Positions 37,581 to 47,250 of a stretch of DNA of 64,000 nt are shown piece after piece. The stretch's first letter is position 1, and every line of letters starts with the position of its first letter. Position numbers and translations under genes: made by a program. The stretch is from Candidatus Latescibacterota bacterium (lineage in GTDB: Bacteria; Latescibacterota; UBA2968; UBA8231): positions 1,568,001 to 1,632,000 of the forward strand of contig OZ252098.1 in the NCBI GenBank assembly GCA_965248355.1, in the 5' to 3' direction. The notes beneath the pieces are model-generated. The model saw nothing but the letters and a program-made list of their open reading frames with translations. It had not been told where the DNA came from and did no database searches.

Positions 37581-40279
37581 CCGATCTCGACAAGCTCAAG
37601 GCGGCGGTCGGTGCCTTGCTCGGTACCGATCTGCCGACGCAGGGGGGGATTCGCGAGTACATTCACCAGCTTCGGCCTTCCTTTTCTAGTGTCACTGACG
37701 AGGAGGCGAACCAGCTTGCTCTCTGGTTCGAGGAAGTTCACGGCGTCACCATGAGAGACGGCGCCGCCCTTCAGGAAGCAGGCTTCGAGCCCTGGCTGGA
37801 GGACGCGCGTGCCGGACTGGATACCTACTACTGGGACCGCTACCACAAACTCCTGGTGAGCAGGGACTTCTCCAGACAGGTACTTGCCACGCTGGACATC
37901 GTGACGGATCGAGTACTCGGCTTCCTCGAGAATCCGACCAAGCCGGGACAGTGGGATCGACGAGGCATGGTTGTCGGTCATGTCCAGTCCGGCAAGACCG
38001 CCAACTACACGGGCCTGGTCTGCAAGGCTGCGGACGCCGGGTACAAGGTGATCGTCATCATCGCCGGCATCCACAACAACCTGCGGAATCAGACTCAACG
38101 ACGAATCGACGAGGGATTCGTGGGATTCGACAGCACGAGCAATCTGCTGCGCAGGACGCTCCCACGCCAGACTGTCGTCGGCGTCGGCCGCTTCGATCCC
38201 CGGCGAAGGCCCGCCGCGTTCACCACCTCCCAGCGGGATTTCAACAAGACGATCGCCGACAGCGTCGGGGTCCCCCTCCAGAACCTCGTCGAACCGGCAG
38301 TGTTCGTCATCAAGAAGAATCCGAATACGCTGCGAAACCTCATCGAATGGCTGACTGCGCACAATGCGCAACGCGGTACCTCGACAATCCGGGAGACGAT
38401 GCTCCTGATCGATGACGAGGCGGACAACGCGTCCATAAACATCCGGCATCGGCAGGACGAGATCTCCAGGATCAACGGCCAGATCCGGCAGCTCCTTCGA
38501 CTCTTCGATCGGAGCTGCTATGTCGGCTACACTGCCACTCCGTTTGCGAACATTTTCATCGATCCCGACAGCGACGACGAGATGCTTGGTCACGATCTCT
38601 TTCCCCGTGACTTCATCGTCAGCCTGGACCCGCCGGACAACTATTTTGGGCCTACCAAGGTGTTCACGGACGACGCGGAGCGTATCGTGCGCCATATCGA
38701 CGACCACGCTGACGTGTTGCCCCTCAGGCATCGAATCGATCACCCGGTCACTGAACTGCCCGAAACTCTGAAGGCAGCTGTACGCGTCTTCGTCGTGGCG
38801 CGTGCCATCCGCCTCGCCCGCGGGCACGGGGGCCGGCACAACTCCATGCTGGTGAACGTGTCCCGATTTGTCGCCGTCCAAGGCCAGATCCGCAACGAGA
38901 TCCATGCGCTTGTCGGGGACATTCGCAGCAGCGCTCGGGTCAACGGGGCGACACCGCCTGCCCAAGCGATGCGTGACCCGGAAATCGCGAAACTGCGTCA
39001 GGCGTTCGAGGAGCACTACGCGGACTGCGGGATAGCTTGGCCTGTGGTGCAGTCGAGGCTGCATGAGAGCGCCAGCGCGATGAACGTTGTCGAGGTAAAC
39101 AACCGGGCGCCGAGTTCCTTGGACTACGCGGGGCACCAGACGTCGGGGCTGAACGTGATCGCCGTCGGGGGGTTCTCGCTTTCCCGTGGCCTGACGCTGG
39201 AGGGGCTTCTCGTCAGCTACTTTCTGCGGAACTCCATGATGTACGACACGCTGCTGCAGATGGGCCGGTGGTTCGGCTACCGAGGTGGGTACGAGGATCT
39301 CTGCCGTGTCTGGATGCCCGAAGAGGCAGAGGGCTGGTACACGCACATTACCGACTCCATCGAGGAGCTCCGAGACGAGCTGACGCGAATGCAGAGCGTG
39401 AACGCCACACCGAAAGATTTCGGGCTTCGGGTGCGCAGCCATCCGGACACGCTCGTCGTCACCGCCCGCAACAAGATGGGCACCGGCACCAGCTTGCGGG
39501 TGCTGATCGGCTTGGCGAATCACTTCGTGGAGACCGCGATCCTGCGGCGTGACTCCTCCAGTCTGGAAGCGAACCGGCAGGCAGCGATCACCCTTGCCGG
39601 GCAACTTCGGAGCAACGGACTTCCGCCGGAGCAGGGACAAGAGGTCGGGGGCGGTCGCCTAGTACGGCGTGTGCCGGTGCAGTTCGTGGACGCGTTTCTC
39701 CTTGTTTTCCGCAATCACCATGGTGCCCCGATCACCGAAACCGGGCCAGTCCGTGAGTACATCAGGCAACGCCAAGCGGACGAGCTTCGCGAGTGGGACA
39801 TTCTCTTCGCCGGGGTCACGCCGAAACAGGCATCGGCCAAGCCCTTGCGGGACTCCAGTCTCGGCTTCCCACTCATCTGCCAGCGTCGCGCCGCGGGCAA
39901 CCGCAGCGACGCGGAGACGCTGATGGTCACCAACAAGCAGCGTGTCAGCTCAAGGGGCATCGCACGGATCGGGCTCGACGAGGAGGTGGCTCGCGAGGTA
40001 GAGGACGAGTACGACACGAAGAACGCCTCGGCGAAGAGGCGAGCGAACTATCCCGACCGGATCTACGGCCCTGTTCGCACGAGGGCGTTGCTCGTGGTTC
40101 ACCTGCTTGCGATTGGCGCCGAGGACGACGATCTGCGCGGACAGCAGCCAGTGGTGGCATGGAGCATCAGCTTCCCGGCTACCCAGCGGGAAGAAGAGAG
40201 GGTTGAGTACGTAGTCAACACCACTTGGGAACACGAACATTACGCAGACGACGGGGAGGATCCGGACGATGACGAGTGA
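37577..40279 (+). CDS. Z1-domain SF2 helicase/endonuclease (MzaC-like)
   Basis: GHVQSGKT Walker A, LIDDEADNAS, YVGYTATPFAN, SRGLTLEGL..DTLLQMGRWFGYR. Confidence 0.92.
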   Translation: MTDLDKLKAAVGALLGTDLPTQGGIREYIHQLRPSFSSVTDEEANQLALWFEEVHGVTMRDGAALQEAGFEPWLEDARAGLDTYYWDRYHKLLVSRDFSRQVLATLDIVTDRVLGFLENPTKPGQWDRRGMVVGHVQSGKTANYTGLVCKAADAGYKVIVIIAGIHNNLRNQTQRRIDEGFVGFDSTSNLLRRTLPRQTVVGVGRFDPRRRPAAFTTSQRDFNKTIADSVGVPLQNLVEPAVFVIKKNPNTLRNLIEWLTAHNAQRGTSTIRETMLLIDDEADNASINIRHRQDEISRINGQIRQLLRLFDRSCYVGYTATPFANIFIDPDSDDEMLGHDLFPRDFIVSLDPPDNYFGPTKVFTDDAERIVRHIDDHADVLPLRHRIDHPVTELPETLKAAVRVFVVARAIRLARGHGGRHNSMLVNVSRFVAVQGQIRNEIHALVGDIRSSARVNGATPPAQAMRDPEIAKLRQAFEEHYADCGIAWPVVQSRLHESASAMNVVEVNNRAPSSLDYAGHQTSGLNVIAVGGFSLSRGLTLEGLLVSYFLRNSMMYDTLLQMGRWFGYRGGYEDLCRVWMPEEAEGWYTHITDSIEELRDELTRMQSVNATPKDFGLRVRSHPDTLVVTARNKMGTGTSLRVLIGLANHFVETAILRRDSSSLEANRQAAITLAGQLRSNGLPPEQGQEVGGGRLVRRVPVQFVDAFLLVFRNHHGAPITETGPVREYIRQRQADELREWDILFAGVTPKQASAKPLRDSSLGFPLICQRRAAGNRSDAETLMVTNKQRVSSRGIARIGLDEEVAREVEDEYDTKNASAKRRANYPDRIYGPVRTRALLVVHLLAIGAEDDDLRGQQPVVAWSISFPATQREEERVEYVVNTTWEHEHYADDGEDPDDDE

Positions 40280-41270
40280 CGATCCTTGGAGCAGGATCGC
40301 CGCACCACCCGCCCAAGCTTCGCGGATCAACGCTCGGCGTGTCACCCAGGCAAACCCCTGGGGTCTGTACTGGGCCGTGGACAGCGATCGCAACGTTCTC
40401 CTTATCCTCCAGCACGGGGGGACGATTCGACCGTCACGCCGCCTGCCGAAGCTCCGTGGCCTCCGGGTCGAAGCGCTGCCCGCGGAGGATGGATCGGACG
40501 CGCGGATCCTCATCCGGCTGACGGACCCGGAGCAGAGGGACATCTTCCTGCGATTCTGTCGCGACATCGTCGACGCCACAAATCTCGCACAGACCGAAGA
40601 ACAGGCCGTGGAGCGGTTCCTCGCCCGTACCTGGCGGTGGCACCGGCTTCTCCAGGGTGGTGGAGACAGGCGTCTCAGCGATGAGCAGCAGAGGGGACTG
40701 ATCGGCGAATTGATGGTGCTTGAGGGGCACCTGCTTCCCGTGCTCGCTCCCCCTAATGCGGTGAGGTGCTGGACAGGCCCCCTGGATGCTCCTCATGACT
40801 TCGAGATTGCCGGGATCCACGTCGAGGCCAAGGCGCATGGTTCCGCCCCCCGTCGCGCGACCATCTCCTCCGAGCATCAGCTCGACAAAGGCAGCCACAG
40901 ACTGTTCCTTCACGTTACCGAAGTGACGACCTCGGCACAGGGAGGGCCGGAGGGGTTTACGCTGACCGACATTGCAAACAGAATACGCGCCGCTCTGGCG
41001 GAGGGGGACATGGCCGCTGTCGATCTCTTCGAGGAGCGACTCGACGCGGTCGGATTCAAATGGACGGATGACTACTCGGACAAGCCGTGGACAATCGGCC
41101 AAGAAGCCCTTTACGAAGTACGCGAAGGATTTCCACGAATAACGGCGGGCATGGTTCCGGCAGGCGTCACAAATGTCCGTTACACGATCTCCCTTCCTGA
41201 CTGCGAGGCATTTCGGGTCGTTCCCGCATCTCTGCCCATCACGGTGCCGGGGGTTGCTGATGACAATTGA
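40269..41270 (+). CDS. PD-(D/E)XK motif protein (DUF4420, MzaD-like)
   Basis: QRGLIGEL, WTGP..HDF..VEAK, ISSEHQL, FPRIT..VRYTISL. Confidence 0.88.
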   Translation: MTSDDPWSRIAAPPAQASRINARRVTQANPWGLYWAVDSDRNVLLILQHGGTIRPSRRLPKLRGLRVEALPAEDGSDARILIRLTDPEQRDIFLRFCRDIVDATNLAQTEEQAVERFLARTWRWHRLLQGGGDRRLSDEQQRGLIGELMVLEGHLLPVLAPPNAVRCWTGPLDAPHDFEIAGIHVEAKAHGSAPRRATISSEHQLDKGSHRLFLHVTEVTTSAQGGPEGFTLTDIANRIRAALAEGDMAAVDLFEERLDAVGFKWTDDYSDKPWTIGQEALYEVREGFPRITAGMVPAGVTNVRYTISLPDCEAFRVVPASLPITVPGVADDN

Positions 41271-43344
41271 GGAATTCGCGGCAGGGTTCTTCCAGGATGT
41301 GCTGGCCGAAGCCGATGCCGACGGCCAGTACCAGGAGGATGTCTTCTTCCACAGGTTCTGCGAGCACCTGATGGAGGCCGGTGAGCTGGACTCTGCCGAC
41401 CGGGTTCCGTATCAGGGCCAGCCGGGGAGAGGCATTCGCGTCGACGGGTACGGGGGGGATCCGGCCGAGGATGACTCGGACATACTCAGTCTGCTGATCT
41501 GCGACTTTCATCCTTCAGAGACGGTGGGGCGGTTGGTGGGAAGCGAGATGAACGCCATCTTCCGGCGCTTGTCCAATTTCCTCCGGCATGCCCTCGATCG
41601 GGAGTGGCGTGACCAGCTGGAGGAGACAAGCCCCGCTTTCGGGCTGGCGGACCTGATAAGCACCCGTTGGGGTCGCATCGGCCGAGTCAGGCTGTTTCTG
41701 ATTACGAACCGCGAACTGAGCGAGCGAGTCGACGGCCGGGCAGCGGAGGAGCATGACGGCAGGAAGATCACCTACAGTGTGTGGGATATACGACGACTCT
41801 ACACGCAGGCGACAATCGGGCAAGGTCGAGAGGACATCGAGATCGATCTCCTCGGAGATTTCCACCCCCTCCCCATACTCCCCGCGCATCAGCCTGAAGC
41901 TGACCATGAATCCTACCTGACCATAATACCCGGGACTGTGCTTGCGGACATCTATGATCGGTGGGGTGCCCGTCTACTCGAACAGAACGTGAGGGTTTTC
42001 CTGCAGGCGCGCGGAAAGGTCAACAAGGGGATCCGGATCACCTTGGAGAACGAGCCGTCCATGTTCTTCGCGTACAACAACGGCATTACCGCGACAGCCG
42101 AAGAAGTCGAAATCGAGGACAGTGGTGGCAGCCTGTCGCTTCGCCGACTGAGGAACTTCCAGATCGTGAATGGCGGCCAGACCACGGCCTCCATTCATGC
42201 GGCCAAACGCGCCAAGATCGACCTGTCACGCACCTTCGTACAGATGAAGCTCTCTGTTGTCAGTCAAGAACTGGGCACCAGGCTGGTGCCCAAGATCTCC
42301 GAGTTCGCCAACAGCCAGAACCGCGTGAACGCGGCGGACTTTTTCGCCAACCACCCCTTCCATGTACGTATGGAGGGATTCTCCCGTCGAATCCACGCCC
42401 CGACACCGGACGGCACGTTCCGGCAGTCGAAGTGGTTCTATGAGCGAGCCCGAGGTCAATACGCGGATGCTCGCGCTGGCCTGACGCAGGCCCAGCGCAG
42501 GAAGTTCGATCTGGAGCACCCCCGCTCCCAACTCTTCACGAAGACGGATCTTGCGAAGTTCGTGAACGTCTGGAATCAGCGCCCTCACGAGGTGAGCCTG
42601 GGTGCGCAGAAGAACTTCGCCATCTTCGCACGGCAAATCGGTCAGGCTTGGAAGAAGAACCCGAACGACCTCAACGAGTCTTGGTATCGCGAAGCGATTG
42701 CCAAGGCGATTGTCTTCAAGGCGACCGAGCGGCTTGTCTCCGAGCAGCCCTGGTACCAGGGCGGGTATCGCGCCAATATCGTCGCCCATGCGATCGCCAA
42801 GATCGCGCACGACGTGGATGAACGGGAGCGCGCCGTGGATTTCCAAGCTATCTGGCGCGGCCAAGAGCCGACTCCTGGGATCAAGGGTGCCTTGACCACT
42901 GCGGCCGAAGCCGTGCATGAAGTCCTGATCAATCCTGCCCAAGGCATCAGCAATGTGACCGAGTGGGCGAAGAAGCAGGCGTGCTGGGAGCGGGTCCGCA
43001 GGCTGACCATTTCCTGGCCAAGGCCATTTCTCGCCGAACTCATCTCAGCCGAGGAACGCAAAGACGCAGATCGCGGTGCTCGCCAGGAACAACGGGAATT
43101 GAACGACATCGAAGCACAGATCGCCGTCGTCAAGGCCGGACCCGCGTTCTGGGCCGAGGCTGTGAAATGGGCCGACGCCCGGGAATTGCTGTCGCCGACA
43201 GAACTCGGCGTTCTGAGCCACTTGGTGACGGGAGGAACTCCGACCGAAAGACAGTCCCAAGTTGCAGTTCAGGCGCTCAGTCGGCTGCAAGCGGAGGGAT
43301 ACACTGGGCAACTCAATGACGCGCCGGGGGAGGAGGATCCATGA
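41260..43344 (+). CDS. AIPR family protein (MzaE-like)
   Basis: LLEQNVRVFLQ, FFAYNNGIT, QIVNGGQTT, ANSQN, WFYERARGQY. Confidence 0.93.
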   Translation: MTIEEFAAGFFQDVLAEADADGQYQEDVFFHRFCEHLMEAGELDSADRVPYQGQPGRGIRVDGYGGDPAEDDSDILSLLICDFHPSETVGRLVGSEMNAIFRRLSNFLRHALDREWRDQLEETSPAFGLADLISTRWGRIGRVRLFLITNRELSERVDGRAAEEHDGRKITYSVWDIRRLYTQATIGQGREDIEIDLLGDFHPLPILPAHQPEADHESYLTIIPGTVLADIYDRWGARLLEQNVRVFLQARGKVNKGIRITLENEPSMFFAYNNGITATAEEVEIEDSGGSLSLRRLRNFQIVNGGQTTASIHAAKRAKIDLSRTFVQMKLSVVSQELGTRLVPKISEFANSQNRVNAADFFANHPFHVRMEGFSRRIHAPTPDGTFRQSKWFYERARGQYADARAGLTQAQRRKFDLEHPRSQLFTKTDLAKFVNVWNQRPHEVSLGAQKNFAIFARQIGQAWKKNPNDLNESWYREAIAKAIVFKATERLVSEQPWYQGGYRANIVAHAIAKIAHDVDERERAVDFQAIWRGQEPTPGIKGALTTAAEAVHEVLINPAQGISNVTEWAKKQACWERVRRLTISWPRPFLAELISAEERKDADRGARQEQRELNDIEAQIAVVKAGPAFWAEAVKWADARELLSPTELGVLSHLVTGGTPTERQSQVAVQALSRLQAEGYTGQLNDAPGEEDP

Positions 43345-43555
43345 AGAAGGCTGACTCGGACGAGCTGCGTCAGAGTCTCGCCGTGAAGATCTCGGTCCTG
43401 GTGTCCGGGGCAAGTATCTGGAATCCTTTCGGTCAGGGACAAATCTGGTTCTACTCCACCCGGACGTTGCGAAAGCTTTTTCAACGGACGAGGCCGTGAA
43501 CGATGCTCTCAGGTCGTTCATGGACGCAGCAGAGGAGTCGGAGGACTCTACTTAG
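43316..43555 (+). pseudogene. Relic of a BrnT/BrnA-like toxin-antitoxin pair: last 12 codons of the toxin plus a frameshifted antitoxin
   Basis: 43316-43354 reads MTRRGRRIHEEG*, a BrnT-like tail. It overlaps ATG 43341 MKKADSDELR, which after a shift at about 43371 continues ESRREDLGPGVRGKYLESFRSGTNLVLLHPDVAKAFSTDEAVNDALRSFM..* at 43555. Confidence 0.7.
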
Positions 43556-43644
43556 GAATACCGGTTGACATACAACTTCACATCTTTGCCCAGAGCCCTC
43601 TTGATCCGCACACCGACCCTTCCCGGCACCCTTGGCTTCGCCGT

Positions 43645-43986
43645 CTGCCTGATCGCCGCGTGCCTCCTCGCCCCGGCCGTCCCTGCCCCGGCCGCAGACG
43701 GGCCCCGGTGGCGGGGTCCGCAGCGGGACGGCCGCGCCCCCGGCTTCCAGACGCCCGCAGCTTGGCCGGAGAGCCTCCACCGCGAGTGGCGCACCGAGGT
43801 CGGCGAGGGGCATGCCGGGCCGGTCGTCGTGGGCGACCGCGTGTACGTGCACGCCCGGCTCGACGACCTGGAAACCCTCTCCTGCCTGTCTCTAAGCTCG
43901 GGCGAGGTGCTCTGGCGGCAGACGAACCCGGCGCCCCACGAGATGCATCCGGCGGCGCGGGGCCACGGCAAGGGCCCCAAGTCCAC
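43645..43986 (+). repeat. 342-bp imperfect direct repeat (copy 2 at 45970-46311): truncated 5' copy of the propeller gene
   Basis: Both copies encode CLIAACLLAP..REWRTEVGEGHAGPVVVGDRVYVHARLDDLETLSCLSL..EMHPAARGHGKGPKST. Copy 1 stops at 44008. Confidence 0.95.
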
Positions 43987-44068
43987 TATATTGACCGGTC
44001 CTGTTTGATCGAGCGCTTTCACTTCACCCATGTCAGCCACTACTCCCACATCGGTGGAAGGATCGCCC

Positions 44069-45025
44069 ATGCAGTCTGAGTACGAGGCCTGGCACAAGGC
44101 AGCCTGGGAAGAGGTCTACGGCTTCCGTGATTCCGCCACGACCGTGGAGGACGCCTACGGTCCGGGCAATCCTCAACATCGGCTGGCGCCGGAGTTCTTC
44201 GAGTTCTATCGGAGGAACCGCCCGGGAAGAGACGCTACCCACGCCCTGGGCAATGCTCTTCTGATGTGGAGCAACCTCAAGGGCGTCAGTCACCGCGTGC
44301 AACAGGAGATCAGGCACATCTCCGTTGAAGAGGACGTTTGGGAACACGCTGCCAGCTCCCTGCATCAGATCTTCTGGCAGGATGACAGGGAGGAAGAAGG
44401 CCTGGCGCTTCTGCAGGATCTCTCGGAAAGAGTCATCCCGCCGAGAAGCCGAACGGCTCTGCTCTTCGAACTCTCCCAACACCTGGTGGATAGGGGCGAG
44501 CCCGCCAAGGCCCGTGATGGCTTCAACCAAATCATCGAGTGGAACGCTTCCGAGGGGCACGTCATGTCCGCCCAGGGGTACATCCACGAACTCGAGCACC
44601 TGAACATCGGGCAGCCGGCACCCCTGTTCACGCAGGAAGCCATCGATGGAACCTCCGTCGAGCTTGCCAGCTATCGGGGCAGGATCACTCTGCTTCACTT
44701 CTGGGGAACGTCCTGCGGACCATGCAAGTTGATCTACCCTGATCTTCGGTCCCTGGCCCAGGAGTACTCGGAGAGTGACCTGGTTCTGGTCGGTCTGTCA
44801 TATGACCAGGATCCCGAGGTGCTGAGGTCGACCATACGTGAGCAGAGATTCACCTGGCCGCAGATCTGTGAGGGGAATGGCTGGAAGGACGAGGTCTTTC
44901 GATTGTACAACGTGACGGCTGCGCCTACGGCGTATGTGATTGATGGATCCGGCCTCATCGTCCGCAAGATCGAGGGCGGGGATCGCGGCGGGGAGCTTCG
45001 GGAACTGGTTCGATCACTGGTGTGA
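44069..45025 (+). CDS. TlpA/redoxin-family thiol-disulfide protein with an N-terminal helical domain
   Basis: IGQPAPLF..LLHFWGTSCGPCK..YNVTAAPTAYVIDGSG. Confidence 0.85.
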   Translation: MQSEYEAWHKAAWEEVYGFRDSATTVEDAYGPGNPQHRLAPEFFEFYRRNRPGRDATHALGNALLMWSNLKGVSHRVQQEIRHISVEEDVWEHAASSLHQIFWQDDREEEGLALLQDLSERVIPPRSRTALLFELSQHLVDRGEPAKARDGFNQIIEWNASEGHVMSAQGYIHELEHLNIGQPAPLFTQEAIDGTSVELASYRGRITLLHFWGTSCGPCKLIYPDLRSLAQEYSESDLVLVGLSYDQDPEVLRSTIREQRFTWPQICEGNGWKDEVFRLYNVTAAPTAYVIDGSGLIVRKIEGGDRGGELRELVRSLV

Positions 45026-45083
45026 AGGCGCGCCTTCCCTGGACACCAAGAAGCCTCCACTTGGCCTGTGAGCGAGGGTTGTA

Positions 45084-45917
45084 GTGATCCTTGGGTGCAT
45101 AGGGGATGTGCACGGTCGTGCCTGTCACGCCCTTGCGCTCCTGGCGAGATGGCAGGCCATGCGAGGCCAGAGATTCGATCTGGTCGTACAGGTTGGAGAC
45201 CTGGGTGTTCTCCCCGATCAAGAGACCGGGGAGAGACCGTACGACAGATTCTCCGAGTGGGATTCATCCGTCTACGACCTCTATGACATCGTCATGGCCA
45301 CGGGCGACCATGCGCAACTTCGCAGAGAGTTTTCTGAGAAGATCGGAACTCCGATTCACGTTGTGGCGGGAAACCACGATGAGTTTTCAGCGATCCGTGG
45401 AGTTGGTGAATCAGACTACCGGGCCCCCACTCCGATCGATCCGCATGGTCTCTTCTGTCTTGTTCCAGACGGATACACTTTGGATGTTGACGGTGCAGTG
45501 ATCGGGTTCTGCAAGGGAGGAGATCCCCGAGCGCTGGATGGGGTCCATTCAGGTCGGGTCGATGTGCTCGTATCGCACGAGGGAGGATTTGACAACATCG
45601 CAGGAGAGGAGCTCCCTGACGGACCCGAGGTCACGATCCAGTATCTGAAACTCAAGAAGCCTCGATTTCATCTGTTCGGTCATTTTCATCACGCCGTGGG
45701 GCCGGTCATGGTCCACGAGACGGAATGTGTTCAGCTCGCGAGCGTCGTAAGCAATCCTAGAGATCCAGCCCTTCGAGTAGTCAATGACGGTTGCATTGGC
45801 GCACTGGATACAGGGTCTGGCAGGTTTGAGTTCATGAGCGGTGCCTGGTTGCGGGATTGCGGGCGCCATGGCGGACTTCAGTTGCTGGCTGACCTCCTCC
45901 ACGAAGGGCTACCATGA
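45084..45917 (+). CDS. Calcineurin-like metallophosphoesterase
   Basis: GDVHG, QVGDLG, GNHDE, SHE and FGHFH motifs. Confidence 0.88.
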   Translation: MILGCIGDVHGRACHALALLARWQAMRGQRFDLVVQVGDLGVLPDQETGERPYDRFSEWDSSVYDLYDIVMATGDHAQLRREFSEKIGTPIHVVAGNHDEFSAIRGVGESDYRAPTPIDPHGLFCLVPDGYTLDVDGAVIGFCKGGDPRALDGVHSGRVDVLVSHEGGFDNIAGEELPDGPEVTIQYLKLKKPRFHLFGHFHHAVGPVMVHETECVQLASVVSNPRDPALRVVNDGCIGALDTGSGRFEFMSGAWLRDCGRHGGLQLLADLLHEGLP

Positions 45918-47212
45918 GTCTCGATGGGAATCGAATTGCGGCGGCGTCCTGGCAGCCTCTTGGGGCCGCCTGCCTGATCGCCGCGTGCCTCCTCGCCCCG
46001 GCCTCCCCCGCGCCGGGCGGGGACTGGCCCCAGTGGCGGGGTCCGGAGCGGGACGGCCGCGCCCCCGACTTCCAAGCGCCCGCAGCCTGGCCCGACAGCC
46101 TGCGCCGCGAGTGGCGCACCGAGGTCGGCGAGGGGCATGCCGGGCCGGTGGTGGTGGGCGACCGCGTGTACGTCCACGCCCGGCTCGACGACCTGGAGAC
46201 CCTCTCCTGCCTGTCCCTGGCCTCGGGCGAGGTGCTGTGGCGGCGGACCAACCCGGCGCCCTACGAGATGCATCCGGCGGCCCGGGGGCACGGCAAGGGC
46301 CCCAAGTCGACGCCGGCCGCCGCCGGGGGACGCGTCTTCACCCTGGGCATCACCGGCATCCTGTCCTGCCGCGGCGCGGCCGGCGGAGAGCTGCTGTGGC
46401 GCTGGGACTCCGAGGGCCGGTTCCCCGCAACGGCGCCGGTCTTCGGCACGGCCACGTCTCCCCTGGTCGTCGGCGACCTGGTGATCGCTCACCTGGGCGG
46501 CCCCGGCCGCGGGGCCCTGCTGGCACTGGCGGCCGACAGCGGCGCGGAGCGCTGGCGCTGGGAGGGCGACGGTCCGGGATACGCCTCCCCTTTGGTGGTG
46601 GACGCCGGTGGGCCGGTGCTGGTGACGCAGTCGGAGCGGTTCTGTCTGGCCCTCGACGCGGCCACCGGGCAGGAGCTGTGGCGACGCCCCTTCACCACCC
46701 CGTACGACCAGAACATCGTCACGCCCGTCCTTCTCGGGCCGGGGACCGTGGCCGTCTCCGGCCTGGAGCAGGGCACGCTGGCCGTCCGTCTCGAGCGCGG
46801 TGAGGCCGGACTTCAGGTGCGGGAGCTCTGGCACAACGAACAGGACTGGCTCTACATGGCCTCGCCGGTGGTCGCCGGCGGCCGCCTCTTCGGGTTGACC
46901 CGCAAATACCGGGGGCGGTTGTTCTGCCTGGACGCGCGCACCGGCGAGAGGCTCTGGGAAGGTCCCGGAGAGCTGGGCGACAATGCCGTCCTCGTCGACC
47001 TGGGCCCGGCGCTTCTGGTGCTGACCACCGAGGCGCGCCTGGCCGTGGTCTCCACCTCGGCGCCGGAATTCTCCCTTCTGGCGGAGTACCGAGTGGCCGA
47101 GAGTCCCACCTGGGCCCACCCGGCCCTGGCCGGCGAGCGGATCCTCGTGAAAGACAGGACCCATCTCGCCTGCTGGCGGCTGCCCGCCGAAGCCGCGGAG
47201 ACCGCGCCCTGA
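45914..47212 (+). CDS. PQQ-binding-like beta-propeller protein (intact copy)
   Basis: DWPQWRGPERDG, GPKSTP, GYASP, WAHPALAG. Confidence 0.88.
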   Translation: MSLDGNRIAAASWQPLGAACLIAACLLAPASPAPGGDWPQWRGPERDGRAPDFQAPAAWPDSLRREWRTEVGEGHAGPVVVGDRVYVHARLDDLETLSCLSLASGEVLWRRTNPAPYEMHPAARGHGKGPKSTPAAAGGRVFTLGITGILSCRGAAGGELLWRWDSEGRFPATAPVFGTATSPLVVGDLVIAHLGGPGRGALLALAADSGAERWRWEGDGPGYASPLVVDAGGPVLVTQSERFCLALDAATGQELWRRPFTTPYDQNIVTPVLLGPGTVAVSGLEQGTLAVRLERGEAGLQVRELWHNEQDWLYMASPVVAGGRLFGLTRKYRGRLFCLDARTGERLWEGPGELGDNAVLVDLGPALLVLTTEARLAVVSTSAPEFSLLAEYRVAESPTWAHPALAGERILVKDRTHLACWRLPAEAAETAP

Positions 47213-47250
47213 CCTCACCTTGAGCGCATGAACCCGCGCGAGGAGGCCCC

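Larger units (their letters stand above)
31226..45960. mobile_element. Lower-GC defence/accessory island inserted into the GC-rich cluster; no integrase visible
   Basis: GC visibly drops after 31210 and returns at about 45970. Cargo is Thoeris, an Mza-like RM system, a TA relic and decayed copies of the flanking gene. Confidence 0.65.

Noticed and set aside
43565..44008. Functional 147 aa protein
   Set aside because: It is the truncated duplicate of the propeller 5' end, and its TTG start lies inside a TTGACA motif.
31210..45960. Integron cassette array
   Set aside because: No intI and no repeated attC-like palindromes. The cargo includes multi-gene operons with their own promoters.
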